Below are positions 30,832 through 50,803 of a DNA stretch of 64,000 nt, one piece after another. Numbering within the stretch: position 1 is the first letter of the stretch; each line of letters opens with the position of its first letter. Source of the stretch: the human T2T-CHM13v2.0 reference genome, Homo sapiens; assembly GCF_009914755.1 (NCBI RefSeq), contig NC_060936.1; one strand, written 5' to 3'. The notes beneath the pieces were generated by a model, which saw only the letters and a list, made by a program, of their open reading frames with translations, was not told the DNA's origin and made no database searches. The translations under genes and the position numbers were made by a program.

Positions 30832-31583
30832 CTCTTTGACCCATAATTTAATATGAGATTGGTTTCTCATATTCCTATCTACATATATTTTTGCCCTCCA
30901 GACTTCTGTCCCTTTGGGACTTCTGGCTTTATTGTTTTGGGGAGTTTCTCAAATATTATTCAGTGTTCTTATCTTCCAGAGGCATCTTCACATCTTATAG
31001 CCCTTTACCAACTAGTTGTTTTAAGTTGAAACATCTTTCTGTTTTACAGGCATATAAGCCATAATCTGTATCTAAGGTAATAGCTTTGGGACCAGAGAAT
31101 TCTAGTCTGAATTTTTAAGATAAGTAAAAAATATTTTGATTTATTGAAGATCCAGATAAACAGTTTAAAAGAAATATTAGACTTGGTTCTTCAAAATCTT
31201 CACTTGGGGCTTTTAAAAGTAATTAAGTAAAAAAATTCAAAAAGGTTTTAAATTTAACTAAGTAGATTATTTCTACCTTTTCTATGATATAAACTTATTT
31301 AAAGATCACAAATTTACAGTTATTTAGCATACCTATAAGGTGTTTATTCATTTTACAAGAGTACAAGTATCTACACTCTATGAAGCAGCTGGAAAGTATT
31401 TTTTCCTATGTTATTTTATATTCATATATGGTAATAATAATAAAAATATTTTCTTTGTTTATTGAGGACATGTTTTAAATTCTAAGTTATATTACCATTC
31501 TAATTAAACAAATTCTGATATTTTTGATAATGTTAGTATTCAGTTTTTAATGGTCTAATATTCAGCTATTTTTAAGGTCACTT

Positions 31584-31745
31584 AATATAGTGCAGAGAAT
31601 AAAGGCCTGGGAAAAAGAATAATTGAATTCAAATTTAAGAAATGTGTGACCCACTTGGTACTAGATATCCAGTTGGTTATTTGCCCTTCTTTGAGTACTA
31701 GTTTACTTGTCTAAAAACAGAATAGTGTTCCCTGCCTAAATTTCA
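31584..31745 (+). mobile_element. Degenerate MIR (tentative)
   Basis: TATAGTGCAGAGAATAAAGGCCTGGG..GAATTCAAAT..TGTGTGACC. Confidence 0.45.
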
Positions 31746-34699
31746 ATTACACAAAATCTTCTCAAATTATAACATGCAGCATATCAGGAACCAACATTCT
31801 TAATTAACAGTATACAAGTTCGATGGAATGCTAATGGAAAAACTACTAAAGTAAGAAATTTCGTTTTTACATAACCAAACTATAGAAGAAAAACATATGA
31901 TTGATATGGATTCAGGTGTATCTCTATGGGATATCTCACATTTCACAGCTGTTTCATCAGTTTAGCGTCAATCACATTCTTTGTCTTTGTTCTTTGTTAT
32001 TTGTCTGAGTTGTGTGTAGATATTGTGAGTAAAGTTGAATTTTCATGTTTAGTTCATGTGGAAATGAATATGGAGATATCAGAAGGTTATTTTCTAATTG
32101 GTTACTTTAAAAGCTAAGAAAAAGTCAAAAGCATACTGAACAAATCACTGTGGAGCAGAGAGAATGACTTTCTGTAAAAATAAATAATGCTTTCAAGGTC
32201 ATTTAGGATGTTCCACTATCTAGTGAATGTATTTCAGAATTTATTCCGTTATAGACAGATTAACATACATATCTGTGATTTCACTTGTATATGAAAAGTG
32301 AAAGATCTAGTCATCCAGATGTTTTCAAATATTTGTTATCATGTAAGGAAAACATCTGGATGAAGATGAATTAGTATTTTTTTTCTGGTTGTTGCTGTTG
32401 TTTTTATTTTCCCTGTAAATATTTAGGCATTTTATAGAAATAACCTAGATGTCTATCAAAATAGCCATAACACAGTGATAATTGTTATTTTTACTAGATA
32501 ATAAAAATCTCTAGCTTATTAATTTGTGCAGATATAGATCCAGAATGGATATTTAGAGAACCAGACTGATAAAAACATATGTATTGCTATCACTTTGCGA
32601 AATTTCATTATATAAAACATGGGTATTTAAAAAAATCTTTAAAAGTATGAATATATTTCCAGAGGCTTATCAGAATGGGATCTGCTCTACTTCAGAGCTG
32701 GCTGTAGGTTATTCATATTATTAAGTGGAAGAGTGCTTTGATCTTTAAATTGAATGTTGATGATACACATGGCTAAACATACACATTATTTTTACAGTAA
32801 CACTAGAAATAACATTTCTATTTTGTCTTCAATAACTCAGAACAGAGACAAGATATCTCTGCCTCTGCACTGTTCCCCACCCCCTTCCAATTTTATTTCT
32901 CACTGTATTTGGTTTTATTATAGAGAATAATAGAGTTGGGTTTGCTTTTTGTGTTTTATTTTAAAAACAGAACTGTCACTTCTGTTGCTCCATCGATTGC
33001 TCTTCAAGTAGTTTAAAATCAGAATAGCAGAGACTGTAATAAGGTACCCTAGCCTTTCTTCTGACATTTATTAACCTTACTAGTGTTTAGTGAGCTCATA
33101 TACTGACTGATAGAAACAGTAATTTTTTGTTCCCATAGACATGGATATCAGTTGCCTTGGAATAAGACCAGATCTTGCTCAAGAAGTATCTTTACAATTT
33201 TTAGGATATGGGCATCTTTTTTTTTTTTCTTTTTACATTGATACTTAATTGACCAAACTTTAATTTGGGTAAAATACCTGATGTAAAAATTACACCTTCT
33301 GAAGTATTCATCCTAAAAATAAACTCACTAAGAAGGCCATGTTTCACAGTCTAAACATTGTTTGGAGTGAGACTGTAGTCATGGCCAAAATAATAAAGTC
33401 AACCTTTAAACAGGTAAATTTTGGGCAGCATCCGGTCATAGCATACAGGTGATTCACTAATGGTTTCTGTACTTGTTTATTTTACATATTTGAAAAATAA
33501 TAACTACCTGACTTTTAAAGTTAATACTGAGAAAATAAGTAACTGAGAAATCAAGGCATATTTATTCAAATAGATTACGGATTTACCCAAAGAAATATTA
33601 CTGGTCTCAATCTTTATGCCCCTAAAGATCTAAAGTAAAACATTGATTAACAGAAAGTTCAGTTAAGACCCTGACCCTGTTAAGATAGTCAGATTGGTCA
33701 ACATTTTTCAGTTTCTTATCCTTAATTAGCAGAGCTGTCCAAAGCATTTTGATATAAATCTATAGAGAAAAATAGAATGTAAACTCTTTCCCCTGTTATT
33801 AATGCTTGTTTTGTAGATGATGAAGTATAAAATGATTGATCATGTACTATAATGATGGATAAGGACAATTTCTGGAAAGGTCAAACCTATTAAATAAATC
33901 TTAGAATATATTTAAAAATATCTTATCTGCCTCATTGGAGCATGGTAACTCTTTTCAATGACAGGTGGCCTTCGTATGAGAGGAATAACAGCAGTGGCAA
34001 ACAATAGGCATTCATACTTCAATAAAAGTGTGGTGGAGAAAGGAATGAGAATTGTGAAATTATCAGCGCTAAAGTAAGAGGTTAACTTGAATAGGACAAA
34101 ATAAGTAAAAACCTTTACTACAGCCACATAATCCTGAAACATTCTAATGAAAAGTAATGCAAAGCAAATAAAACAAAACAAAATAAAAAATAAGCAAACA
34201 ACAGCAACAACAAATAACCCTTTTAAACAAGCAATTTGTTTACATGGTAACATACAAATATTTGAACAACTTCTTATTTTTAATGCCATGCAAAAAAATA
34301 TACTAATAATAGGTTCTTTACAAATAAACTACACTCTTTCTATCAAACACACATTTTTTATGTTGTATTCAAAAGCTTTATTTCTACCAACTTAGGAACT
34401 TAGGATAAAGTTCACTTAGATTTAACAGAATTATGTAAGCATAGAACTAAAGGAACATTGGTGCTCATCTTGTAAACACAATGCATATTTTTAAAATCTG
34501 GGTTTCACGTTGTCATAAAACAAACTAGTCATTTCTTCCACCTTCATTTATAACTCAATAGGAATGATTTCCTTATATTTAGAATTATTTGTGAAAGATA
34601 ATATGTGAGTAGTATATCATTGAATGCATTTATCAGCATTAATCAGCAGTCCTTTCAGATCACTCTTTATTCCCCAAATTTCCATTTATTTTTGTAGTT

Positions 34700-35070
34700 G
34701 CTTAAACAAGCTAAAATATTCAGGTCACCATATTTTGCATTAGCACTTCTTCTGCCTATAAATTCCTATTTAGACTTAATTGCCCTGGAAATTTTCTTCT
34801 GATTCTTTATCACTTAACCCACGTATCATGAAATCTTTCTAACCTTTTCCAGAGAGGTTTAGGTTCTCTCCTAGGTTCCCACAAAGTTCTTTTAAGTTTC
34901 TTTTATGAAATTTAACACATGATCATAATTATATCTTAAATATCTGTCGCCTCTACCAGACTCCTAGCTCCTCAAGGTCTCATATTATGGAATGATAATT
35001 TGTACATCTGTGAAACCTAAAATAGCAAACGATATTTAATATGGATCTAGTTTATAAATGAGTGTATGAA
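34700..35070 (+). mobile_element. LINE-2 3' fragment (tentative)
   Basis: Pyrimidine-rich L2-like sequence ending in AATGAGTGTATGAAT. Confidence 0.45.
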
Positions 35071-35152
35071 TAAGAGAAACTTCACAGGAACTTTCACAGA
35101 GAATGTTGTCACATGAAGCTATCACAACTAGACACTCAAATGTCTTGCATAC

Positions 35153-35661
35153 TATATTAGTTTCCTATAGAAGATGCCACAAACTACCACATACTTAGTA
35201 GGCTAACTACACAAACTTATTCTCTCACAGTTCTGAAAGGCGTAAATCTGAAATCAGTGTCAATGGGCTTAAATCAAGATATTTGGAGAGTTGGTTCCTT
35301 CTGGAGAATGAAGCAAAAATCCATTTCCTGACCTTTCCAGCATCTATTGGTCACCTGTATTCCTTGGCTTGTGGCCCCTTTTAAGAAGTTCAAAGTACAT
35401 CAATCCACCCTGATTCCCTTATCAAATCTCATTATCCTCCTCCTCTGACTACTCCTGTGTCTGCCTTTAAATGATTACTATGATTACATGATTACTACGT
35501 AATCATCATGATTACATAGTACTCACCTGAATAATCTCCCCATCTCAAGATTATTAATTTAATCACAACTACGAGATCTACCTTTCCATATAAGGTAACA
35601 GTGATAGGTATTGAGAATTAGGACATGGAGGTATTTGGGGGCCGTTTTTCAACCTACCGCC
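35153..35661 (-). mobile_element. MLT1C/D-like MaLR solo LTR
   Basis: TATTAGTTTCCTAT start, TTCTCTCACAGTTCTG, ATAATCTCCCCATCTCAAGAT, CCATATAAGGTAACA, CAACCTACCGCA end. Confidence 0.8.
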
Positions 35662-36689
35662 AATACTCTGTTGCATTCTGACAGAGAATTATGTGAACAC
35701 AGTTTAACCTTTTCTTAATGGCATAACATCATCATTACATAAGTCAGCGACTTCAGTGGGATGTAATAGAGTAATATCCATTGCAGAAAAGAGATGCCTT
35801 TCTCTACCACAGAGCTTTTCAAGGTTTATTTTGTTTTGTTTGTTTGTTTGTTTGTTTTTAATGGAATTACTATGTGAGCTGGCAGGGAGGGGAACAGAGA
35901 AGAGAAACCTTTTCTCAAAAGAGGATTTTGGGAAAAGCTTCTGCGTATTAAACATTTAAAAACAAGCTACTTAAATGGAAGCTGAGTGGTTGGTCCAGAG
36001 TTCTGTTGTTTGGTTTCCCCTCTACCCTAAAAGACCCTTTAGGTGCATTCATAGAAGCCAGATAGAGATAGGGGGAACATAGTTACAAGAATGCTAACCC
36101 TCTCTTCCATGTTTAAAAATTATTTTTACATCTTTATTTGCTATATATCATATTTCATTGTAATACAAACAGTATCTGTCTCAAGCAGTCGATCCTCATT
36201 TGTTTATTATTTTAACCTAATATGGGCTAGAAAACTTGTTAGAAAATAAAGTTATTAAGCTTCTTTGACTTTTTCAAAATAGCAGAAAGACATCATTAAA
36301 TCAACCATGAGTATACTTCGTTTTACTACATGTAATCTTTTTAAGGTGTTTTGGTCTATTGTGTCTATTACAAATAGACTTGTATAAACTAAGACTTAAG
36401 AACCTCTTACCACAGTATAGTGACTCCAGAGATGAGTATTAGATACTAATATCATGGTATTTTTTCAAATATAAAAACTGCCTTGGTGAGTTGAAGTACT
36501 ATTTAAATACGCATAGCATCCTAATTCGTGATTTCAGAAAAGAAGTGAATTTAATAGCAGTCTTTGTTAAAACAAGCAGTTTTCTGATATGTATATGGAT
36601 TTGAGATTGTTGAAGTTACAGATATGAGATCTCTACATAGCATACTTGTATTTTAAAGTTGTCTGCATTCTTAAATCTCTTTTGGCCTT

Positions 36690-36790
36690 CAAAACAATTC
36701 TGTCAAGTATGCAGGGCAAGTGCTATTATCCCATTTGCAGATATAAAAATCTCATTTCCAAGAAGTGAAATGTTTACTCACTAAGCAATT
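36690..36790 (-). mobile_element. MIR fragment
   Basis: TATTATCCCATTTGCAGAT core. Confidence 0.5.
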
Positions 36791-37199
36791 ATGATTAATT
36801 CCTTCAGGTTTATCATAATGCTATACTAAAAAAAACTCTTACTATTAAGAGGCACTGAAACAATTCTGTCTGAAGAAACAGTACAGAATCAATCTTTTCA
36901 GTAACTTTTACCAATTTAACTAACTATATGGTTCACATAGCTAAATATCCATAGTTTTACTGTATTTATTATATATTATATCAATATCATATGTTGATGT
37001 CAAAACCCATTATATTTAGAAAATATGTAATATCTCTGATTAAAAATAATTGTTTTAATATCAGGAATTAGTTTTAACATAAAGGAGTAGACATAGTTAG
37101 CCACTGCATTATGACAAATAATTACTACAGTCAAAGAACAAATTTGATGTTTTAAAAGAATTTTTAAACAAAGTGAATGAAAAGGAGAAAATAAAAGTT

Positions 37200-37820
37200 T
37201 AATGAGTGAAAAGATAGCAGTTATATCTTTAAACTGGTTTGTAAGGAGTGATTTTGATAATTTTGGATCAGATCAATGACATAGCAAATATTTTGTGTTG
37301 GCGATATTAATTTTATCAAATGGATTGGAAAGAAACAATAAACTAATTAGAGGGACATGGCAGTTGTCCACTGGAGAGGAAACAATGGTCTAAACTGCAG
37401 TAGAGTTAGAGTCAAAATATGCAAAGGAAAAGGGACAGATGCGAGTTACTAGAAGTAAAATCTAACAACATTTGTCTAATTGAATATGATAAATTAACAA
37501 AGAAGAAATGACGAAAGCTATTTAGAAGATAAGAAATTTGAAGAATGATGGCACCATTAAAATAATATAGGCAACCAGAAAAATGGGTAGATTGTAGAAT
37601 GAAAGACTAGCAAGTTCAGTTAGAATATGCCAAGTTTCAGAGATGAGGTAGAAATATCTTACAAATTACTGAGATGAGGTTAGATTTTTTAAAAAAGTGT
37701 TCATTGGAGGTATAGGCTGGAAATAACTGCACTGACATAATAGAAGCAGTGTTAATTACAAATAAATTTGATAATGAAGACATTGTAAAACGGAGGAGAA
37801 TGCCCCAAGGAGAAAGAGTA
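37200..37820 (-). mobile_element. LINE-2 fragment (tentative)
   Basis: GAATGATGGCACCATTAA..AAGTTCAGTTAGAATATGCCAAGTTT resembles L2 antisense. Confidence 0.5.
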
Positions 37821-37867
37821 AAATGCCTACATTTTACTACATTTCAAAGTTAGATATCTTGCTTAAT

Positions 37868-37919
37868 TCTCTCTCTCTCTCTCCCTCTCTCTTATTCTCT
37901 ACCCTGCCCTCCTCTCTGC

Positions 37920-37959
<40 letters not shown>
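37868..37959. repeat. Compound microsatellite: (CT)n-rich tract then (GT)19
   Basis: Direct inspection; pure GT run at 37922-37959. Confidence 0.95.
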
Positions 37960-37961
<2 letters not shown>

Positions 37962-37964
37962 GTC

Positions 37965-38295
<331 letters not shown>

Positions 38296-38329
38296 ATTGT
38301 TTATGTTCTCTAAATATTTCTCCATATCC

Positions 38330-38800
38330 CATATACTTTTAAGAAATTAGTTTTACTCTAGACCTTATTATTTATCACCTAAAACACTGCAATTACTTTC
38401 TAATTCATCTCCTTGCATTTATTCTTGCAATCTATTTTCTCCAATTTGGTTAAATGCCCTTTCTTGAAATAAAATGACCTTATCATGTCCTCTTAAAACC
38501 ATTGAATGCTTTCCCGTCATTTCTATGAAAAAGTCTAAATATCTCAACTTGGTATAAAAGATGTTGCATCACCTAAGGTGCCCTAAATCACCACCTTCCA
38601 ATTTACGTCTCTTCCATACCAGTCTTCCTTCAACTTTACAAATGTACAATGTCTTAATGCCCAGCTCTTTTCATGACTTTTCTTCCTACATGGAATATTC
38701 TTCTCTTTAACTTTTTTCTGAAAAACACATTTTTGCTCTTTCATTTTAGGTATTGATGTAACTGTTACCTCCTAAATGAATTATTCCTTTTTGTTTCCAC
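38330..38800 (+). mobile_element. LINE-2 fragment (tentative)
   Basis: CTCTTAAAACCATTGAATGCTTTCCC..AAGTCTAAATATCTCAACTTGG. Confidence 0.5.
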
Positions 38801-38829
38801 ACCTCTGATGTACTCTCTAACATTTCTTG

Positions 38830-41800
38830 TGCTTCACTATTTCTGGGAGGTTGACCTTATAACTGCATCACTAGAGGTTTTTTGTGTCTGTGTGTGTTGT
38901 GGCTTCCAGTTGCACTCTTCTAATGGGAGACACACACAGATCAGTGGGCAGAAGTAAAGAGACATCAAGGTCAAGGTAGTTCTTTTCTTCCCCCTTCTTT
39001 GACACTACTCTCTGGCAGTAGTTACATCTTTCTGTAATAACAATTTCCATCAAGTGGCCAAGTTCTGTGACTCCAATAAGACTATGTTCTCTCCTCTTTC
39101 CTTTTAGTCTTAGGAAAGGTGACCATTTTGTAATGTTACTAGTCTCTGAGCATCTCAACATCTCAACATCCTCTGTTTAGTTAACTGTGCACACATTCTA
39201 TTTGAAATACATTCATTAATGTTTCTCTCTGAGTGAATCTCTACAATACCAATACCTAGTTGATGTTGTAATTGATACGAGGAGTGGTCCCAGAAATTTG
39301 GTGACTACCATAAGATTCTGGATCTGTGTTGCTCACATATTTGATGAACATATGATCTCCAGTCAGGGAAAAAGGTAATAATCCTAATTTGCAGCATGCA
39401 TCGCACCACAATTACCCAGGTTACCATTGGTTGTAGTTCAGGATAGATTAGCAATAGACCATAAATACTTGGGTGATCATGTGGCTCATGTTATTCATTG
39501 TTATGGCAACAGAGATGAATAGAAAGAATGTAGGCTGATATCATCAGACAGTACTGGAAAACATAAAACATTATCTTAAGGAACTCATACACCCAATTCA
39601 AGAGTAAAGAAGTGAACCTTTAAAAAAAAAAAAAGACTTATATGGGGCCTTAAAAAAATTCTATTTATTCCAATAGCTACAGGCTGACAGGGCTAAGCCT
39701 CTGTCCCTGAAACTGACTATCTGTATTTCACAGTTACTATGCCAATGCATAAACTCATCAAGTCTTTTCTTATGCTATGGATAGGAAAGTGATTAGAAGA
39801 AGTAGATCCCTGATGAGTTGAGGTAGAGACATTTGAGCACACATTAATGGTTTGAACAGACAAGTCAAATCTTTCTTTGCTTAAATATCTTGCAATGACT
39901 TTGGCTGGAGTAGGTATCTCTCAAGGAAATACCACTTTTCCAAAAGACACAAACTCTACACCCCTCACTGCCTGCTGAGTTAAATACTAGCATTTCACAG
40001 AGGACGAATTGCAAGATCTTTTCCAAGAGTACGAAGAGTACATACAAATATATCTGCAAGATCTTTCCCTGAAGACTATGTGTTAGAATTGACTCTGTTG
40101 TTATTAGATCAAACAAAACAAAATATGATGTTACATAATAACAGATGTTTCAATGTTGGGAAATTTACTTGGAATTTGTTTGTTTACCTGAAACACTTGC
40201 AATGCTCTATGAGCTCTCTTGGTTGGTTACTTGAAGCCTGAATTCAGTAGTGGCTTCCCATCAATGAGATAAAGATTCCAGAAATTGTCTTTAATACTGT
40301 GAAGGATATGATAATATCAGAGCAGATCTATTGTATGCAACTTTCCCTGACACACAGAGCAGAGAAAATGTACACATCTGGAGGATCTAGAAGATATTCC
40401 TACCCAAAGGTAACTAAAAAAAGTTTCTGGCGGAGCACCAGCATTTTCTCTAAAATTCTTTGATGTTACCCCACTGTAACCTGAAAATGCTAATGTGCCA
40501 TTTAACTGCACTCTTCGTCAATGTGAACAATTGGACCAAAAATTATAGAAGCTGGATGTTGGCGTCTACTAATGATCAGAGACAAGATAGCCACAAAAGA
40601 CCGGAGGGCCAAAGTTGCATTCAAAATATTTTAACCACAGGATCTGTGGCAGTAGTTAATTGATTATTAAGTCCCTGTGAATGAAAGAGATGGGTAGTCA
40701 TTATGATGTTGGTTCATCTATATATTCAGAGAAAACCATGTTTTTGGAATTGTGTAGTTTTACTGAGTTCCATATCTGAGCCATTTCATGTACCTAGAAC
40801 CCCTAACTTATAGAGCAAGACTAGTTCATCATGGGTAACACTCTGCAGTGGAGGGTCAAATGCATATTTTAAATCTTCCTCCAAGCCATTACCAGAGGAA
40901 CCTGTGGACACATACAATAATGTTTGTACATGGCTATGATAGAAATACATAGAACATTCTGGGAGTTATTGAATGGTCAGTCCAAAGTAACATTTGTTCC
41001 TATAAAACAGAAACACTACCATGATTCAGTCATCAGTATGGTTAATTACAGAGGTTACATGACAGATGAAATTGTATCCAGAATCCAATTTTCAGTGGAT
41101 CCAATGGTTATTTCTCTTGTGTCTGAAAGTATAGTTAAAATAAACACATTTGAAGAATAGTAGAAAACGTATATCTGTTCCTTCACCTGTGTAATATAGC
41201 TATATCAGTGGGAAGAAGCAAGCTAAATGAAGAATAATCCCCTGAAAGTTGACAATCTTCTACCACTACAATAATAATCTAAACATGTTCCAAATTGGCA
41301 TGGTCTCTGACACCCAATGTGCATCTATTGTCTCAGCAAATTTCTCTTAAAAATTTTCCAATTAGTTACAACAACCAGAAATTTGTCTTACTTAGCTGGG
41401 ACAGCCATATGTCTTTACAGTCTTAAATCAAGGTCAGAACAAATCTACTGCATTCTGCCATATATGACCTATGAGAACATTTTAGTGTCCCAGAAAATAT
41501 CATAATTGAACATTACATTGATGACATTATTTTACTTTGTGAGCTAAAAGTAGCAAGTATCCTATATGGCATAGTAGTGTGACACATTTTAGAGGATGAG
41601 AGAAAAACCCCAAAACATATTTAGAGGTCTATCACATTAGTGAAGTTTTAGGGTTCCAATGCTCTTGGAATGTCAAGATGTTTCTCTGAAATGAGTGATA
41701 ATTTGCAACATCTTGCACTGCTGCAACATATGGTGAGCCTATTTATGTTTGATGTCTGCTATTCTGTCTACTTATTTGGTAAGCAACAAGTCTGTCAGTT

Positions 41801-43170
41801 TTAACTGGGCCCAATGTAAAATGCATCTCTGTGGCAGTTGTGGGTCTTATGTCCACCACTAGGATAAGTGTATGCTATGGTTAGCTGCTATCTACAGAAG
41901 GAGATACATGTAGAGGATACCTGAATACAACATACAGACTGAAAATTCACCAGTGAGAAGCCACATTTGTTGTAATCTAAAGAGGTGTTAGGATTTTCTG
42001 TCACATGTGCTTATCGAAAAAATAGCAGAATAATACAACAGGTTTAGAGGTCTTACTTAAAAGGGAGAAACACTTTTGCCAGGGAGCACATTCATGGGTG
42101 CTGAGCATGTTTATAGGCCTTTTGGCTTTTACATCTTCTAGAATCAACAGGCATCAAGATTATTTTACTGGTTGTGGAAATTATTCCCCATTAACAAGGG
42201 AAAATTGGGTCATTGCTACACACTGGAAAGTAGGAATGTTGTACCTGGAACCTAGGAAATTCACTCATATGCCTTCTAGAGCTTCTAAGTTCATTAATAA
42301 TAGTAAATGGAAAAATGGGACAATCCAATAGAGACAGAATGACTTGCTACCCAGACTACGTTAGAGTAATAAATTAGGTCACCTATCTCATGAGGAAACT
42401 CTACAAAGTGATAGAGGAAAAGAAGGATACAAAATAAATGATAGTAAAGTTAAAGTTATGAATCTTAATATTGACCCCATAACCAGCAAGCATCAGGGTC
42501 TATAGAAATTATACTTATCATTTCTGATTGTTTGCCTCATTTTTTAGGCCAACCAACATGAAGAATAATGGTGATATGTATCATTATCTTTGGGTTCTGC
42601 ATGAAAATAAAGCAATTCAACATCATCCCTCATTATTTAGTCTGATGGCAGTTATGCCTCACCTGAGTTGTCAGTGAGAATTCCTTCATTTGGTTAAATG
42701 GCAAGAATAAATGCTGAGTAGCAAAAGAAGTAATCTATACTCGTTGTATTTCATCCTCTCCCACCCTAATCCATTCATTCTCTGTTTTGTTCTGTACTCC
42801 AAGCGGTTGATATCATAATATGTATCGCGTGTGCTCTCTCTAGTTCAGTTTGGTCAATGACAAGCATGGGCAAGAGACTGAAAAGTGGGGAAACAAGAGT
42901 TCTAGGTATTTTTCCTCTCAGTACTGCAGGCTGTGACCCTTATGACTGTAGCTCCCAAAGGGCTGAAATTTCATTGCCCCAGTTCCTTCTGAACTTTAGT
43001 AGCACTCTTTCTTTCTTTTCTCCTTCAACCTTGGGGATAATAATGACTTGTTTCTGTTGTTAGCCTCTAGATGTCTCTAAAATCGAACTTATCTCTGGAA
43101 GCAGTCACCTCACTAACTCTCTTTAAGCTATCTGAGGGGATTTTATCTTATGGCCATGCCGCAAATCATA
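38830..43170 (+). mobile_element. Ancient ERVL provirus remnant: LTR33-like LTRs (~38830-39265, ~42737-43170) around a decayed internal region
   Basis: Two related LTR33-like segments; GTAATTGATACGAGGAGTGGTCCCAG follows the first LTR and a purine-rich tract precedes the second; no intact gag/pol. Confidence 0.6.
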
Positions 43171-43943
43171 GACTTTTCTTTGATCACTTCCATCCCTCTA
43201 GTATGGGATATGTATTTTTTTGTATACTCGCATGGGCCTCTGGGAAATTCCTGTTATAACCCTATCACATGTTTTGGCATTCTCTGTTATATTGTTTATG
43301 TCCAATGTAAGATAAACCTGAAAGAAATATAGAACTTTCCTCTCCTGTTCACAGTTCTGTCTCCAGGCTAGGAAAGTATGTGATATATATAGCAAGTATT
43401 TAGAAGATTATTTTTAAATGAATGAATTAATGAATAAAGAGTCAGAGTTTTTTTTTTAGTTTAGATTCAGGGGTTACAAGTGCATGTTTGTTATATGGGT
43501 AATTATGGAGAATGGGCGTCTAGTGTGCCCATCACCCAAATATTGAACACTGTATCTAATAGGTAAAGTTTTAACCCTCAAACCCCAAACCCCTCTTTCT
43601 CTCCCTCATTTTGGAAACTTCAGTTTCTGTTATTTCCATCTTTATGTCTATGTGTATCCATCGTTTAGTTCACACTTATAAGTGAGAACATGCAATATTT
43701 GATTTTCAGTTTGAGTTAGGTCACTTAGGATAATGGCTTTTAGTTTCATCCATGTTGCTGCAGAGGACATGATTTCATTCTTTTTTTATAGCTGCATTGT
43801 ATTCTATGGTGTATATAAACCATATTTTCTTTGTCCATCAACCACTGATGAACACTTAGTTGGTTCCATAACTGCTGTTGTGAATAGTGCTGTAATAAAC
43901 ATGCAAGGGCAGGTGGCTTTTTCACGTAATGATTTATTTTCCT

Positions 43944-50803
<6,860 letters not shown>

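Noticed and set aside
33912-34395. 125-aa hydrophobic ORF resembling a membrane protein
   Set aside because: Hydrophobicity derives from the antisense of A-rich (AAAC/AAAT)n low-complexity sequence; no recognisable homology.
37817-37838. 9-bp inverted repeat AGTAAAATG/CATTTTACT
   Set aside because: Short and AT-rich; compatible with chance.
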